This document shows positions 52,927 through 62,384 of a stretch of 64,000 nucleotides of DNA, one piece after another. Under the pieces are notes generated by a model that saw nothing but the letters and a program-made list of their open reading frames with translations, did not search any database and was not told the origin of the DNA. Origin of the DNA: Patescibacteria group bacterium (GTDB taxonomy: Bacteria; Patescibacteriota; JABMPQ01; JAQVVF01); contig JBAZSC010000001.1 of assembly GCA_041662665.1 (NCBI GenBank), forward strand, positions 257,511 through 321,510, in the 5' to 3' direction. The first letter of the stretch is position 1. Every line of letters begins with the position of its first letter. A program made the translations under genes and the position numbers.

Positions 52927-54672
52927 TTATAAACTTCGTTCCAAAATCTCTTTCTTAACTTTTTCGATAAAATCTGTTAGCGGGAAATTTTCAACTTTTC
53001 CGTCTCTCATTCTAATTGGCAATTCTTCCGATTTTTCTTCACGTTCGCCGAAAACAATTGTATAAGGCACCTTTTGTTTTCTTGATCCGGCGATTTTCTT
53101 GCCAACACTTTCTTCGCGATTATCAACTTCTACTCTTATGCCTTGTTTTTTAAATTTATCTGCTAATTCATTAGCTTTATCTCCAAATTTTTCCGAAACA
53201 GACAAAATAGAAACTTGGACAGGAGAAAGCCAGACCGGAAGATTACCATTAAGATGCTCAAGAAGGATCATAATCATTCTTTCTGTAGAACCAAGGATCG
53301 CTCTATGAAGCATCACTGGTTGACTTTTTTTACCTTCCTTATCCGTATATGTTAATCCAAATCGTGCAGGCATAACAAAATCAATCTGAACAGTTGATAA
53401 TTGCCATTCTCTACCAAGTGAATCAGTCGCCATCAAATCCATTTTTGGCGCATAAAAAGCCGCTTCACCAGGTCCATCAAAATAATCTATTTTATTTCTT
53501 TTCATAATCTCTACTGCCCATTTTTCAACTCGATCCCAGACTTTAGGATCGCCCAAGTATTTTTCGGGATGTTTTGGATCTCGAGTAGAAAGTCTATATC
53601 GATATTTTAATCCCAAAGTTTCCATCACTTTTTTAATCAAGCCTAATGCTTTATCTATTTCTTCATCAACTTGATCTTCGCGACAAAAAATATGTAAGTC
53701 ATCTTGGGAAAAGGATCTTACTCTAGCTAAACCGTTAAGTTCGCCTGGTTTCTCATCACGATAGAGCATAGCAAAATCAGAATAACGCAAAGGAAGATCT
53801 TTGTAAGAACGCTGTTGGCTTGCATATATTTGTGTATGTTGCGGGCAATTCATTGGCTTAAGAAAAAATTCATCATCTGTGTAATGAGAATGTACTGTAA
53901 ACATATCATTTTTGTATTTATCGTAATGGCCAGATATTTTGAAAAGCTCAGCTTTAGCAATTTGTGGAGTCCATACTTGTGTATAACCAAGCTGTATTTG
54001 TTCTTCCTCTATATAATCATTCAAAAGTTTCCTAATAATTGTTCCTTTTGGAGTATATAAAGGCATGCCACTCCCAATAAGATCAGAAAAAGTGAACAAA
54101 TCCATTTCTTTTCCTAATTTTCGATGATCTCTTTTTTCAGCTTCAGCTTTTTGAGCTTCATATTTTCTTAATTCTTTTGCATCAGAAAATGCTAAGCCAT
54201 AAATTCTTTGCAGCATTTTATTTTTTTCATCGCCTCGCCAATATGCGCCAGCAACACGTTCCAATTTAAAACTTTTCGGATTAATTTCAGACGTATTTTT
54301 TACATGAGGTCCTTTGCATAAATTTTCAAACCAATCTGATTTGTAAAAGCTGACATCTTTTTCGCCAGATTTTTTTAGATCATTAATCAATTCAGTCTTA
54401 TATGGATCATCTTTATAAATTTTCAAAGCTTCATCAAATGACATTTGATGCTGAACAAAAGTCATTTTTTGCTTAATTAATTCTTGCATTCTTTTTTCTA
54501 TCCATTCAAAATCTTTTTCAGAAAATTTTTCAGGCAAATCATAATCTTGATAAAAGCCATTTTCAATAGTTGGCCCAACGCCAAGTTTCGCTTTTGGATA
54601 TTTTTCCAAAATCGCCATAGTCATTAAATGGGATAAAGAATGTCTAATTTTTTGTATTTGATTATTTTCCAT
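52927..54672 (-). CDS. thrS: threonine--tRNA ligase
   Basis: Class II core FHRAILGSTERMIMILLEH, zinc-site motif CPQHTQIY, editing-domain remnants, and the C-terminal anticodon-binding domain. Confidence 0.88.
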   Translation of the reverse strand: MENNQIQKIRHSLSHLMTMAILEKYPKAKLGVGPTIENGFYQDYDLPEKFSEKDFEWIEKRMQELIKQKMTFVQHQMSFDEALKIYKDDPYKTELINDLKKSGEKDVSFYKSDWFENLCKGPHVKNTSEINPKSFKLERVAGAYWRGDEKNKMLQRIYGLAFSDAKELRKYEAQKAEAEKRDHRKLGKEMDLFTFSDLIGSGMPLYTPKGTIIRKLLNDYIEEEQIQLGYTQVWTPQIAKAELFKISGHYDKYKNDMFTVHSHYTDDEFFLKPMNCPQHTQIYASQQRSYKDLPLRYSDFAMLYRDEKPGELNGLARVRSFSQDDLHIFCREDQVDEEIDKALGLIKKVMETLGLKYRYRLSTRDPKHPEKYLGDPKVWDRVEKWAVEIMKRNKIDYFDGPGEAAFYAPKMDLMATDSLGREWQLSTVQIDFVMPARFGLTYTDKEGKKSQPVMLHRAILGSTERMIMILLEHLNGNLPVWLSPVQVSILSVSEKFGDKANELADKFKKQGIRVEVDNREESVGKKIAGSRKQKVPYTIVFGEREEKSEELPIRMRDGKVENFPLTDFIEKVKKEILERSL

Positions 54673-54912
54673 AAGTTTATTTAAGTTTTATAATTATACG
54701 TCTAGATTAGCATTATTACAAGATAAATTCAAATTATTAAGTTTGTTAAAAGCCAAATAATTTGCTAAAATAAACAAAAGACAAAAATAACATCGTCATC
54801 CTGAGCCGAAGCGAAGGATCCCATTAATGAGCAAATATTCATGGGATTCTTCACTGATTAAATTTATTAATATTAATAAATTTAATCAGAATGACACTTA
54901 TTTAAAACAAAA

Positions 54913-55485
54913 ATGAGACCAGAACAACCAATTCAAGAAAATCTAGCTGATATTAAAGAGCCTTCAAAGCAAACAGAAGGCGGTCTTGAAATTGCAAAAA
55001 CGCCTGAATCAAAAACAGTTGTAGATTTAGCCAATGAATTTCATGAAGCAATACAAAATGATTCACCAATTACTTATGGGAAAGTTGAAGATTTTAGAGA
55101 AGCTTTAGGAAAAATGAAATTTAATATTGATGGAGAATTAATGACAATAGAGGAAGCCAGAAAAATTCCCAATCTAAAAGAAAACCTAAAAATAATGAAA
55201 GAAATTGAAGCTGGAAATTTCAATAATATTTACAAGCTTACTTATTTAACAGATAGAATCGCCGAATCTCTAAGTCGTTCTCAAAATGACCTTCGCTTAA
55301 ATCGCCTGACATCATTATCTGATCTATCTGCTGCATCTCTAAGTCATCATCAAGGTAATCTTTATCTTAATAGTCTCAACTCCATCTCAAACAAAGCCGC
55401 AAAATTTTTAAGCCATCATCGAGGCAACGTTTACGCGAATGATGAAATTACACAGCAAATAAACAAATTTAAAGTTAGAAAATAA
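54913..55485 (+). CDS. paralog family P, member 4
   Basis: N-domain RPEQPIQENLADIKEPSKQTEGGLEIAKTPES. Its first 85 nt are 100% identical to the start of member 5. LRR-like tail LTSLSDLSAASLSHHQGNLYLNSLNSISNKAAKFL. Confidence 0.55.
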   Translation: MRPEQPIQENLADIKEPSKQTEGGLEIAKTPESKTVVDLANEFHEAIQNDSPITYGKVEDFREALGKMKFNIDGELMTIEEARKIPNLKENLKIMKEIEAGNFNNIYKLTYLTDRIAESLSRSQNDLRLNRLTSLSDLSAASLSHHQGNLYLNSLNSISNKAAKFLSHHRGNVYANDEITQQINKFKVRK

Positions 55486-56651
55486 TGCCAAATCCAGAAC
55501 AACCAATTCAAGAAAATCTAGCTGATATTAAAGAGCCTTCAAAGCAAACAGAAGGCGGTCTTGAAATTGCCAAAACAGAAGCTTCAGAAAGAGTTGTTAA
55601 AACTGCCGATCAAATTCATAATGCAATGGAAGCAAATGAACCAGTCTATAAAAAAACAGTTGATGAACTAAGAGAGGCATTATCAAAGCTTGAGTATAAT
55701 TTTTATGGCGAAAAAATGACGTTGCAAGAGATAAAAGAGATTCAAGAACAAAATAAAGAAGCTTGGGAAATGATTACAACTGGAAGAAATTTCAATGTTT
55801 GGCTGCTAAATCGCATCCTAACATTTCTGACTCCTGATGTTGCTAAACGCTTAGTAGAAAGAATGAAGCCAAATCAAAATTCATTATTATATCTTGATAG
55901 CTTAAAAAGTATCTCTACAAAAGTCGCCCAAGAATTAATAAAACATGAAGGTCCATTATATCTAGATGGAGTAGAAGAAATGTCTCTTGATGTCTTAAAA
56001 AGCTTATGTCAAAAAGAACACAAAACAGGATTAAGTCTAGGACTAAAATCTATATCTAAAGAGCAAGCCGAAGTTATCAAAAATTACAAAGGTCCAATTA
56101 GCTTAACAAAGCTTACAGAAATGGATTCTGCTTCTGCGCATGAACTAGGCGAATTACAAGGTTATTCATTAAGATTAGGTTTAGAAAGCTTGCCTCCAGA
56201 TGTCGCGCAAGAATTAGCAAATTTTAAAAGCGATGAAAGCAATTCTTACAAAAAATTATCTTTTATTTCATTGCAATATATTTCTCCAGAATCTGCCCAA
56301 AAATTTGATTCTTACGTTCAAGAATTAAATTTTGTCACAATGGAAAAAATAGATTTAGAAACAGCAAAAGGATTTAGAAATTTTTCCGGCACATTGGAAT
56401 TTGGTGATTTTATAGAATTTGACGATGAAACAGCCAAAGCTCTTTCAGAAAGCGATGCAGATTTAGGATTGAATATTTTAAAAGAAATTTCTCTACAAGC
56501 TTTACGATATTTTGCCAGCCGACAGAAAAAAGTTTATTTAACTGGCTTAGAAGCAGAGAATCTAACACCAGAACATTTGCGCATTATTGCCAATTCCGAA
56601 AATATTGTAGTTGATAATGAAATCAAAGAATTAGCAGCCAAACATAAATAA
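55485..56651 (+). CDS. paralog family P, member 5 (longest LRR-like repeat region)
   Basis: TAATG stop/start overlap with member 4. It carries more than 8 repeats of L.L..L.SIS...A..L....G.L.L. Confidence 0.55.
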   Translation: MPNPEQPIQENLADIKEPSKQTEGGLEIAKTEASERVVKTADQIHNAMEANEPVYKKTVDELREALSKLEYNFYGEKMTLQEIKEIQEQNKEAWEMITTGRNFNVWLLNRILTFLTPDVAKRLVERMKPNQNSLLYLDSLKSISTKVAQELIKHEGPLYLDGVEEMSLDVLKSLCQKEHKTGLSLGLKSISKEQAEVIKNYKGPISLTKLTEMDSASAHELGELQGYSLRLGLESLPPDVAQELANFKSDESNSYKKLSFISLQYISPESAQKFDSYVQELNFVTMEKIDLETAKGFRNFSGTLEFGDFIEFDDETAKALSESDADLGLNILKEISLQALRYFASRQKKVYLTGLEAENLTPEHLRIIANSENIVVDNEIKELAAKHK

Positions 56652-56677
56652 TTTTATATATTAAATTTTTTAAAACT

Positions 56678-58567
56678 ATGGCAACAGAACAAGGACCAAA
56701 ACCAGAACAAAAAGAAATTGATCGAAACAAAGAATTAACGCCAGATGAATTAAGACAAGGATTAAGCGATCTTAAAACAGAATTTTGCACAAAATTAGGC
56801 GAGGAGCTTGGCATGCAACTAACTTTGCCAGCTGGAACAAAAATTGGTGAATTAGATCTTAGTGGTAAAACTTTAGCTGAACTTTTTGATAGCTTAATGC
56901 GACCATTGGAAACTTATGAGCCTCCAATAATCAGAGAAGAACAACAAGAAGTGCAAGAAAAACCAACCGAAATTCCAGAATGGCTAATTGGCCATGAAGA
57001 TTTAATCTGGAAGGGAACACATGATAATCCAAGATGGCAAGCTAAAGCAACACAATCTGGCAGTGAAGTCAGTGTTACATACAAAAGACGCAATAAAGAA
57101 TACAAACCAGGAAAAACAAAAGAAGAACAAGGAAAGGCATTAGAACCAGTTGAAAATACTTTTACACTAAAAGAATGGAAAGTCGCCAAACAAATTTTTG
57201 ATGGCTATGATGATTTAATGAAGCGTTATGAACAAGGTGATAGAGAAGCAAGAAAAGAATTCTTAGCAATTTTACGAGAAGAAAATAAATTTAGACGAGG
57301 TAGTGGTGAAACGCCAGCAATTTTAGCGCAAAAAGTTGAAGATGCTGTTAATACAACTGCTGAAACAACCAGAGGTTTTAGGCGCGATTCAATAGATCAA
57401 GAAGCATTAACTCAAAAAATTGCGGAATTATTAAGTCAATTAGTCGTTTTAAATGCTACCAGAGGCGAAGGTAAAGAACGTGTACCTGTCGTAAAAAAAA
57501 GCATTAAAGAATTTCCAACGTTTATATTAGGACTAGAAAAAATAGCAAAAGCTTTAGATACTCAACTAAAAAGCAATAAAGGTCTGACATTAATAATTGG
57601 CGAGGCTGGAACTGGAAAAAATGAGGCTGCAAGTCATTTAGCTGGAAATACAAATCGACCATATTTTTGGTTTCCTTGCGCTCGCGGTATGGAGTCAATT
57701 GAATTAGTTGTCCATTATGAATTTGATTCTAAAGAAGGTACAAAAAAATTCTTAACAGATCTTGCAGAAGGTGTCCAAACTCCAGGCGCAATTGTTATGA
57801 TTGATGAAGCCAATGCTTTGAAACAAGAAGTTCAAGCCATGTTTCATGGTTTAGGCGATGAAAACAGAAGCTTGAATTATGACGGCGTCCATATTCCTGT
57901 TGCTGAAGGCGTTGTTATAATTATTGCTGTCAATCCTGCAACTTATGGTTCAGCTGGAAATATTGGCCAAGCATTACTTTCTAGAACTAGAGGTCAAGCA
58001 GTGGTTATGGAATATCCAGCTTTGAGAAAAGGTGAATTTCAGAAAAATAAAAATAAATGGTCAGATGCTGTTTTGGCGCAAAAAGAAGGAGAAGATAATA
58101 CTTTGCGTGATTATGCTTGTGATGAAGTCCAAGTTACTCGCAGTCAATTTAATGAGCTAGCAGAACTTTCAGATTCAGAATTTGCTTTGCTTTGGGATGT
58201 CGTAATTAATGAAACAACTCAAGGTCAAAAAGTTACAGATCTAGAAAAAGATGAAAAATTAAAATATTTATTAAGTGAAAATCTAAAAGAGCATACTACT
58301 AAATTGCTAAGAGATCTTCGCGATATTGAAAGAATTGCTGATACTTGGCGAAAATATTATGAAAAAAGGGCAGGCGGAATGGATATCATTGGTGTCAGCA
58401 TGCGTGATACAATTGCAGTTGCCAAAGAATACAAGGACACCGGCGATGTTCGCAAGGCTTATCTAGAAGTTATGGATGATTTTAGAAAGAATCCAATCGA
58501 AGGATTAGATGTAACTTTAAAAGCTTTGGAAGAATTGATTGAAAAGACTTTGGGAGAACAAGCTTAA
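56678..58567 (+). CDS. MoxR/AAA_5-type AAA+ ATPase with about 290-aa N-terminal extension
   Basis: Walker A GEAGTGKN, Walker B IVMIDEAN and sensor-2-like LLSRTRGQAVVMEYP. It pairs with a downstream vWA protein. Confidence 0.6.
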   Translation: MATEQGPKPEQKEIDRNKELTPDELRQGLSDLKTEFCTKLGEELGMQLTLPAGTKIGELDLSGKTLAELFDSLMRPLETYEPPIIREEQQEVQEKPTEIPEWLIGHEDLIWKGTHDNPRWQAKATQSGSEVSVTYKRRNKEYKPGKTKEEQGKALEPVENTFTLKEWKVAKQIFDGYDDLMKRYEQGDREARKEFLAILREENKFRRGSGETPAILAQKVEDAVNTTAETTRGFRRDSIDQEALTQKIAELLSQLVVLNATRGEGKERVPVVKKSIKEFPTFILGLEKIAKALDTQLKSNKGLTLIIGEAGTGKNEAASHLAGNTNRPYFWFPCARGMESIELVVHYEFDSKEGTKKFLTDLAEGVQTPGAIVMIDEANALKQEVQAMFHGLGDENRSLNYDGVHIPVAEGVVIIIAVNPATYGSAGNIGQALLSRTRGQAVVMEYPALRKGEFQKNKNKWSDAVLAQKEGEDNTLRDYACDEVQVTRSQFNELAELSDSEFALLWDVVINETTQGQKVTDLEKDEKLKYLLSENLKEHTTKLLRDLRDIERIADTWRKYYEKRAGGMDIIGVSMRDTIAVAKEYKDTGDVRKAYLEVMDDFRKNPIEGLDVTLKALEELIEKTLGEQA

Positions 58568-58569
58568 AT

Positions 58570-58652
58570 CAGTTTCAAAGTTATAAAGTTATAAAGTTCT
58601 TAAAGCTATGACGACTTTATGAACTTTATTAACTTTACAAACTTTATAACTT
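58570..58652. repeat. AT-rich palindrome (AAGTTATAAAGTT / AACTTTATAACTT arms)
   Basis: cagtttcaaagttataaagttataaagttcttaaagctatgacgactttatgaactttattaactttacaaactttataacttaat. Confidence 0.6.
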
Positions 58653-58659
58653 AATCTTT

Positions 58660-60591
58660 ATGTCATATTTAAACCCATTTGAAAGAGTACCACAATTTCA
58701 AGAGCTTGGCGATCCTGATTTATTTCGCCAAGAAATAGCAGAGCGTGCCAAAACAGCAACTCCAGAAGAAACAGAAAGATTATTATCAAATCTTGAAAGA
58801 TATTCTCAAGCTCCAGACCGAAATATTGAGCTTTATACAGATCCAAATTTAGATACTTTTTGTTGCGCCGAAGTGCCAGCACAAAAAGTTATACAGTCAG
58901 GAGAAATAGTTGATGATCCTGCAAAAAAGACATATTTAATTGGCGTACCATTTATTTATGCAGCCGGCAAAGCACCAGAAAAATTTTTACGTGGTGAAAT
59001 TTTACATGAACGTGGACACGCTGAATTCTCGCAATTTAGTATGTTTGAAAGATTAAGAAAATTAGCAAGGCAAGAAGGGTATGATGAAGGAGAAATAATG
59101 AGTGGAATAAATTGTGCTGAAGATCCAAGAATGGAGAGACTAGTTGGCGGACCATTGCATCCAAATGAACGAGAGCAAATGTTTGAAAAAAATCGTCAGT
59201 TAATTATTCCAAGTATTGCCAAGGGTTTAGATGAAATGCAACCAGCTGAACAATTTAAATTTATTTTGAAACTAGAAGGTCTATGGAATATTTATGGTAA
59301 AGATTTAAAGGATACTCCAAAGCCTTGGTCAATTGACAAATTACATCCAGATGTTGCCAAAGAATTTAAAGCAGTTGAATCTTCTTTGAGGAAAATAACT
59401 GGCGATGCAACAAATCCAGCAATGAAAGTCATGGCATTAGTTGAAAAAACTTTTGTTGATAATATTTGGCAAGCTCAAAAAAGATTACTTGATAAATATC
59501 CGCCAAAAAAAGAAGAAGGAAAAACAGGCAAAGGCCAAGGAAAAGGACAGCCAGGACAAGGCGAGCCTCAACCAGGCGAGCCAACAGAGCCGTTAGATCC
59601 AACTAATACTGACAATTGGCCACCAGAATTAAAAAAAATTATTGAAAAATTCAAGAATGAACATCAAAAGAAGCTAGAACAAAAAGCTGATCAAGCAAAA
59701 GCTGATGCAGAAAAAGGTAAAGAAAATGCTGAAAATTTAGCACAAGAAAAACATGAGCTTTTGAAAACTCGCGATCAATTTGATACTCCAGAAATGCGTG
59801 AAAGATATAATACTTTAAGCGCAGAAGTTAGTCCAATTACCGGACAATTAAAAAGATCATTTAAAAGATTTGTCCCAAAAGTTACAGAACCAGGACTTGA
59901 ATGGGGCAGAAAAGGCGGACGTTATTCAGAACGAAGAAGAATCATGCGAGCAGGATCAGGTCATGAAAAGCCAATGGGCAAAAGAGAGCATCCAGAAGAA
60001 ACAGCTCTTGCTTTACAATTATTAGTCGATGTTAGCGGTTCAATGTACGGACAAAATAAAGAAAGAATTAAAAATGCGATCAAAGCTTGCATTGCAATTA
60101 GTGAAGCTGCAAAAGACAATAATATCGTAATTGAGATTTTAGCTAATGATGAAAAAAATGTTTCAAATGATATTAGATATCAGATCAAAGGTTTTAATGA
60201 GCCTTATGATGGCAGAACAAAATCAAGAATAGTACAAATGATGGAAGCTTTTGGCGGAGATAATAAAGATGCCGACGCAATCATGGCAGCAGTTCCAAGA
60301 ATACGTAAAAGAATTCAAACATTGCGCGCTGAAGCAGATCGAGTTGGCTCTTTGATTATTGATATAACTGATAGCACAACTCAGAGTCCTGATACAAGGG
60401 ATGCTGTTGAACAAGCAAGAAAATTTAGTCCAATGGAGGGAACAGCGATTACTCCAGAAGGTGAGATCCCAGGAATGGTTAAATTTCATTTTGGACCGCA
60501 GAGCATTATTCCAAGATCGCTTAATGAATTTCCAGACGCAATTCAGCAAATTCTAGAGCGACATGTTAGAAGATTGAGACCAAGACAATAA
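58660..60591 (+). CDS. vWA-domain (MIDAS) protein with N-terminal HExxH zincin-like motif and central low-complexity acidic linker (CobT/NorD-like partner of AAA+)
   Basis: C-terminal LLVDVSGSMYG (DxSxS MIDAS). N-terminal ILHERGHAEF (HExxH) with a downstream E. Central GKGQGKGQPGQGEPQPGEPTEP followed by a K/E-rich coiled-coil. Confidence 0.55.
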   Translation: MSYLNPFERVPQFQELGDPDLFRQEIAERAKTATPEETERLLSNLERYSQAPDRNIELYTDPNLDTFCCAEVPAQKVIQSGEIVDDPAKKTYLIGVPFIYAAGKAPEKFLRGEILHERGHAEFSQFSMFERLRKLARQEGYDEGEIMSGINCAEDPRMERLVGGPLHPNEREQMFEKNRQLIIPSIAKGLDEMQPAEQFKFILKLEGLWNIYGKDLKDTPKPWSIDKLHPDVAKEFKAVESSLRKITGDATNPAMKVMALVEKTFVDNIWQAQKRLLDKYPPKKEEGKTGKGQGKGQPGQGEPQPGEPTEPLDPTNTDNWPPELKKIIEKFKNEHQKKLEQKADQAKADAEKGKENAENLAQEKHELLKTRDQFDTPEMRERYNTLSAEVSPITGQLKRSFKRFVPKVTEPGLEWGRKGGRYSERRRIMRAGSGHEKPMGKREHPEETALALQLLVDVSGSMYGQNKERIKNAIKACIAISEAAKDNNIVIEILANDEKNVSNDIRYQIKGFNEPYDGRTKSRIVQMMEAFGGDNKDADAIMAAVPRIRKRIQTLRAEADRVGSLIIDITDSTTQSPDTRDAVEQARKFSPMEGTAITPEGEIPGMVKFHFGPQSIIPRSLNEFPDAIQQILERHVRRLRPRQ

Positions 60592-60617
60592 TTTACCATA
60601 ATAAAAAAGCTCCGTAT

Positions 60618-60690
60618 AATATTCCGCGTGTAATCCGTCGTATCCGCGTTTTTAACGCAGATTTAACGGATTGCACGCGGACATTATGGA
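60618..60690. repeat. CGCG/ACGC-unit palindromic repeat (family A variant)
   Basis: aatattCCGCGTgtaatCCGTcgtatCCGCGTttttAACGCAGAtttAACGGattgCACGCGGAcatt. Confidence 0.5.
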
Positions 60691-60694
60691 GCTT

Positions 60695-61822
60695 TTATTT
60701 TACTGTAATTTCAGTATTTCCAGACGGCACTGTCTTTTGCCAGAACGGCGAAAAATAAACTTCAACAGTTTCTATATCCTCTTTATATTTATTATAATAA
60801 GTTTTAACTTCATCATTATTAAATCCCGTAATTTTTTCTTTATCCAAAGCTTCTTTTGCTAAAACAGGTTTTAAAAAAGCTGAGCAATAAATTTTAAAAA
60901 CTGCTTGGTTTTTTTTAGGATCAATTTCAATAATTTCTGCTTTAAAATTTTCATCATCAAGTTCAGAAAATTCTTTTTCACCGATTATCTGATCTTTTAG
61001 TTTTGCAATTGCTAAATTTTCCAGCATTTCTTTATTTAAAATCACACCAGTTATTTTTAATTTTAAATCAGCCTTTAGACTATCCGCTTCAGTATTTGCA
61101 TCGACTGATGATTTGAAGCTAGAAATTTCTTTTTTAAATAATTGATCCCAGAGCTCTTCATTTTCTTTTTGCTCATTTTTTGTATCATCCAAAAATTTTG
61201 CAAATAAACTATCAGAAATTTTAACTCTTAAATTATTTAGATCTTCTTCAGAAACAATCTTGCCAGTTTTTTCTCCGCCAGTAAATTCTTGTTTATTTTC
61301 AGCATAAACCAAATTTTTCCATCCATCCCAAAGTTTTACAAAATTAAATTTAGTTGGCGCCAAATTTCCGGCAACTCCTTTTTGTGTTGCCACAATTTTC
61401 ATTTCTACTTTATCATTCGGTTTTAAAACCAATGGTCCTGTTGTCTTAAAAATTATATCCGAATCTACAGGCTTTAATTGCGAAGAAGCTAAAAGAGTTA
61501 AGCTTTTTGTTTGTTTATTATAAATTGTCACTTTGCCAGTAGCAAAATCATCAACTGTTTTGCTTTTGATTTCACTCGTTTCATCAGAACCAGAAATTTC
61601 TTTTTCAATAAACCTGCCGCTTACTGAAGTTGCATTAATTTTGTCTTTGCCAACTGCAATTTCAAAATTTGTCTCAATCTTTTCTTTTCTCAAATTCAAA
61701 ATTATTTTAGCTTTAGAAAAAGAAGTATAGAAAACAAAAATCAGAATCAAAAAACTAATAATTCCAAAAATAAATATTGCTTTGTATGGTGAACGCGATG
61801 GTCCAATTCTACCTAGATTCAT
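60695..61822 (-). CDS. hypothetical N-terminally membrane-anchored protein
   Basis: 375-aa ORF with TM helix AIFIFGIISFLILIFVFYTSF near the N-terminus. The rest is K/E-rich and soluble. No motif recognised. Confidence 0.35.
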   Translation of the reverse strand: MNLGRIGPSRSPYKAIFIFGIISFLILIFVFYTSFSKAKIILNLRKEKIETNFEIAVGKDKINATSVSGRFIEKEISGSDETSEIKSKTVDDFATGKVTIYNKQTKSLTLLASSQLKPVDSDIIFKTTGPLVLKPNDKVEMKIVATQKGVAGNLAPTKFNFVKLWDGWKNLVYAENKQEFTGGEKTGKIVSEEDLNNLRVKISDSLFAKFLDDTKNEQKENEELWDQLFKKEISSFKSSVDANTEADSLKADLKLKITGVILNKEMLENLAIAKLKDQIIGEKEFSELDDENFKAEIIEIDPKKNQAVFKIYCSAFLKPVLAKEALDKEKITGFNNDEVKTYYNKYKEDIETVEVYFSPFWQKTVPSGNTEITVK

Positions 61823-61834
61823 GAGCTTAAAAAA

Positions 61835-62329
61835 CTAAAAATTTAAAAATCTAAAAAAATTAAAAACGTTTACGCGACGGCGTCTTATTTTATATTTATG
61901 ATTTTTGACTTTAGATTTGACAACACTTGGCCAATTTTGTTTCAACCAGATTTTTGATTTCACAAAATATTCTTCTAAACCGCGTTTTGCCATTTCACTT
62001 CGTATAATTCCGCCTTTATGCGGATGGCGAAAAGACTGAGCAAGTGGGGAATTGAATCCATGCGCATAATGAACAAGTTCATGTATAATTGTGCCATCTA
62101 CAACAAATTGTGGAATTTTTTCATCTTTGAAATAAGAAGTCAAAGTAATAACAGTCTGATTATTTTTAGGATTTAATTTAATAGATCCCAACCTTGCTTT
62201 TGCTTTTCTTCCAAACAAAATAACAATCTCATTTTTAATCGGCACATCAGAAAAATGATTTTGTAAAAAAAATAAAAGTCTTTGTTTTAACCAATTATTA
62301 TCACGCATAATCGAGTTAACTAGTAACAA
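61835..62329 (-). CDS. DUF45/YgjP-family predicted metal-dependent hydrolase (HExxH)
   Basis: KARLGSIKLNPKNNQTVITL...IIHELVHYAHGFNS parallels YgjP (RWGSC....I.LN..L...P..L.DYVVVHELCHL..NHS). Confidence 0.55.
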   Translation of the reverse strand: MLLVNSIMRDNNWLKQRLLFFLQNHFSDVPIKNEIVILFGRKAKARLGSIKLNPKNNQTVITLTSYFKDEKIPQFVVDGTIIHELVHYAHGFNSPLAQSFRHPHKGGIIRSEMAKRGLEEYFVKSKIWLKQNWPSVVKSKVKNHKYKIRRRRVNVFNFFRFLNF

Positions 62330-62384
62330 GTAATTAGTAACTAGAAAACGACAGTTACTAGTTACAGGTTACTAGTTACCAATT

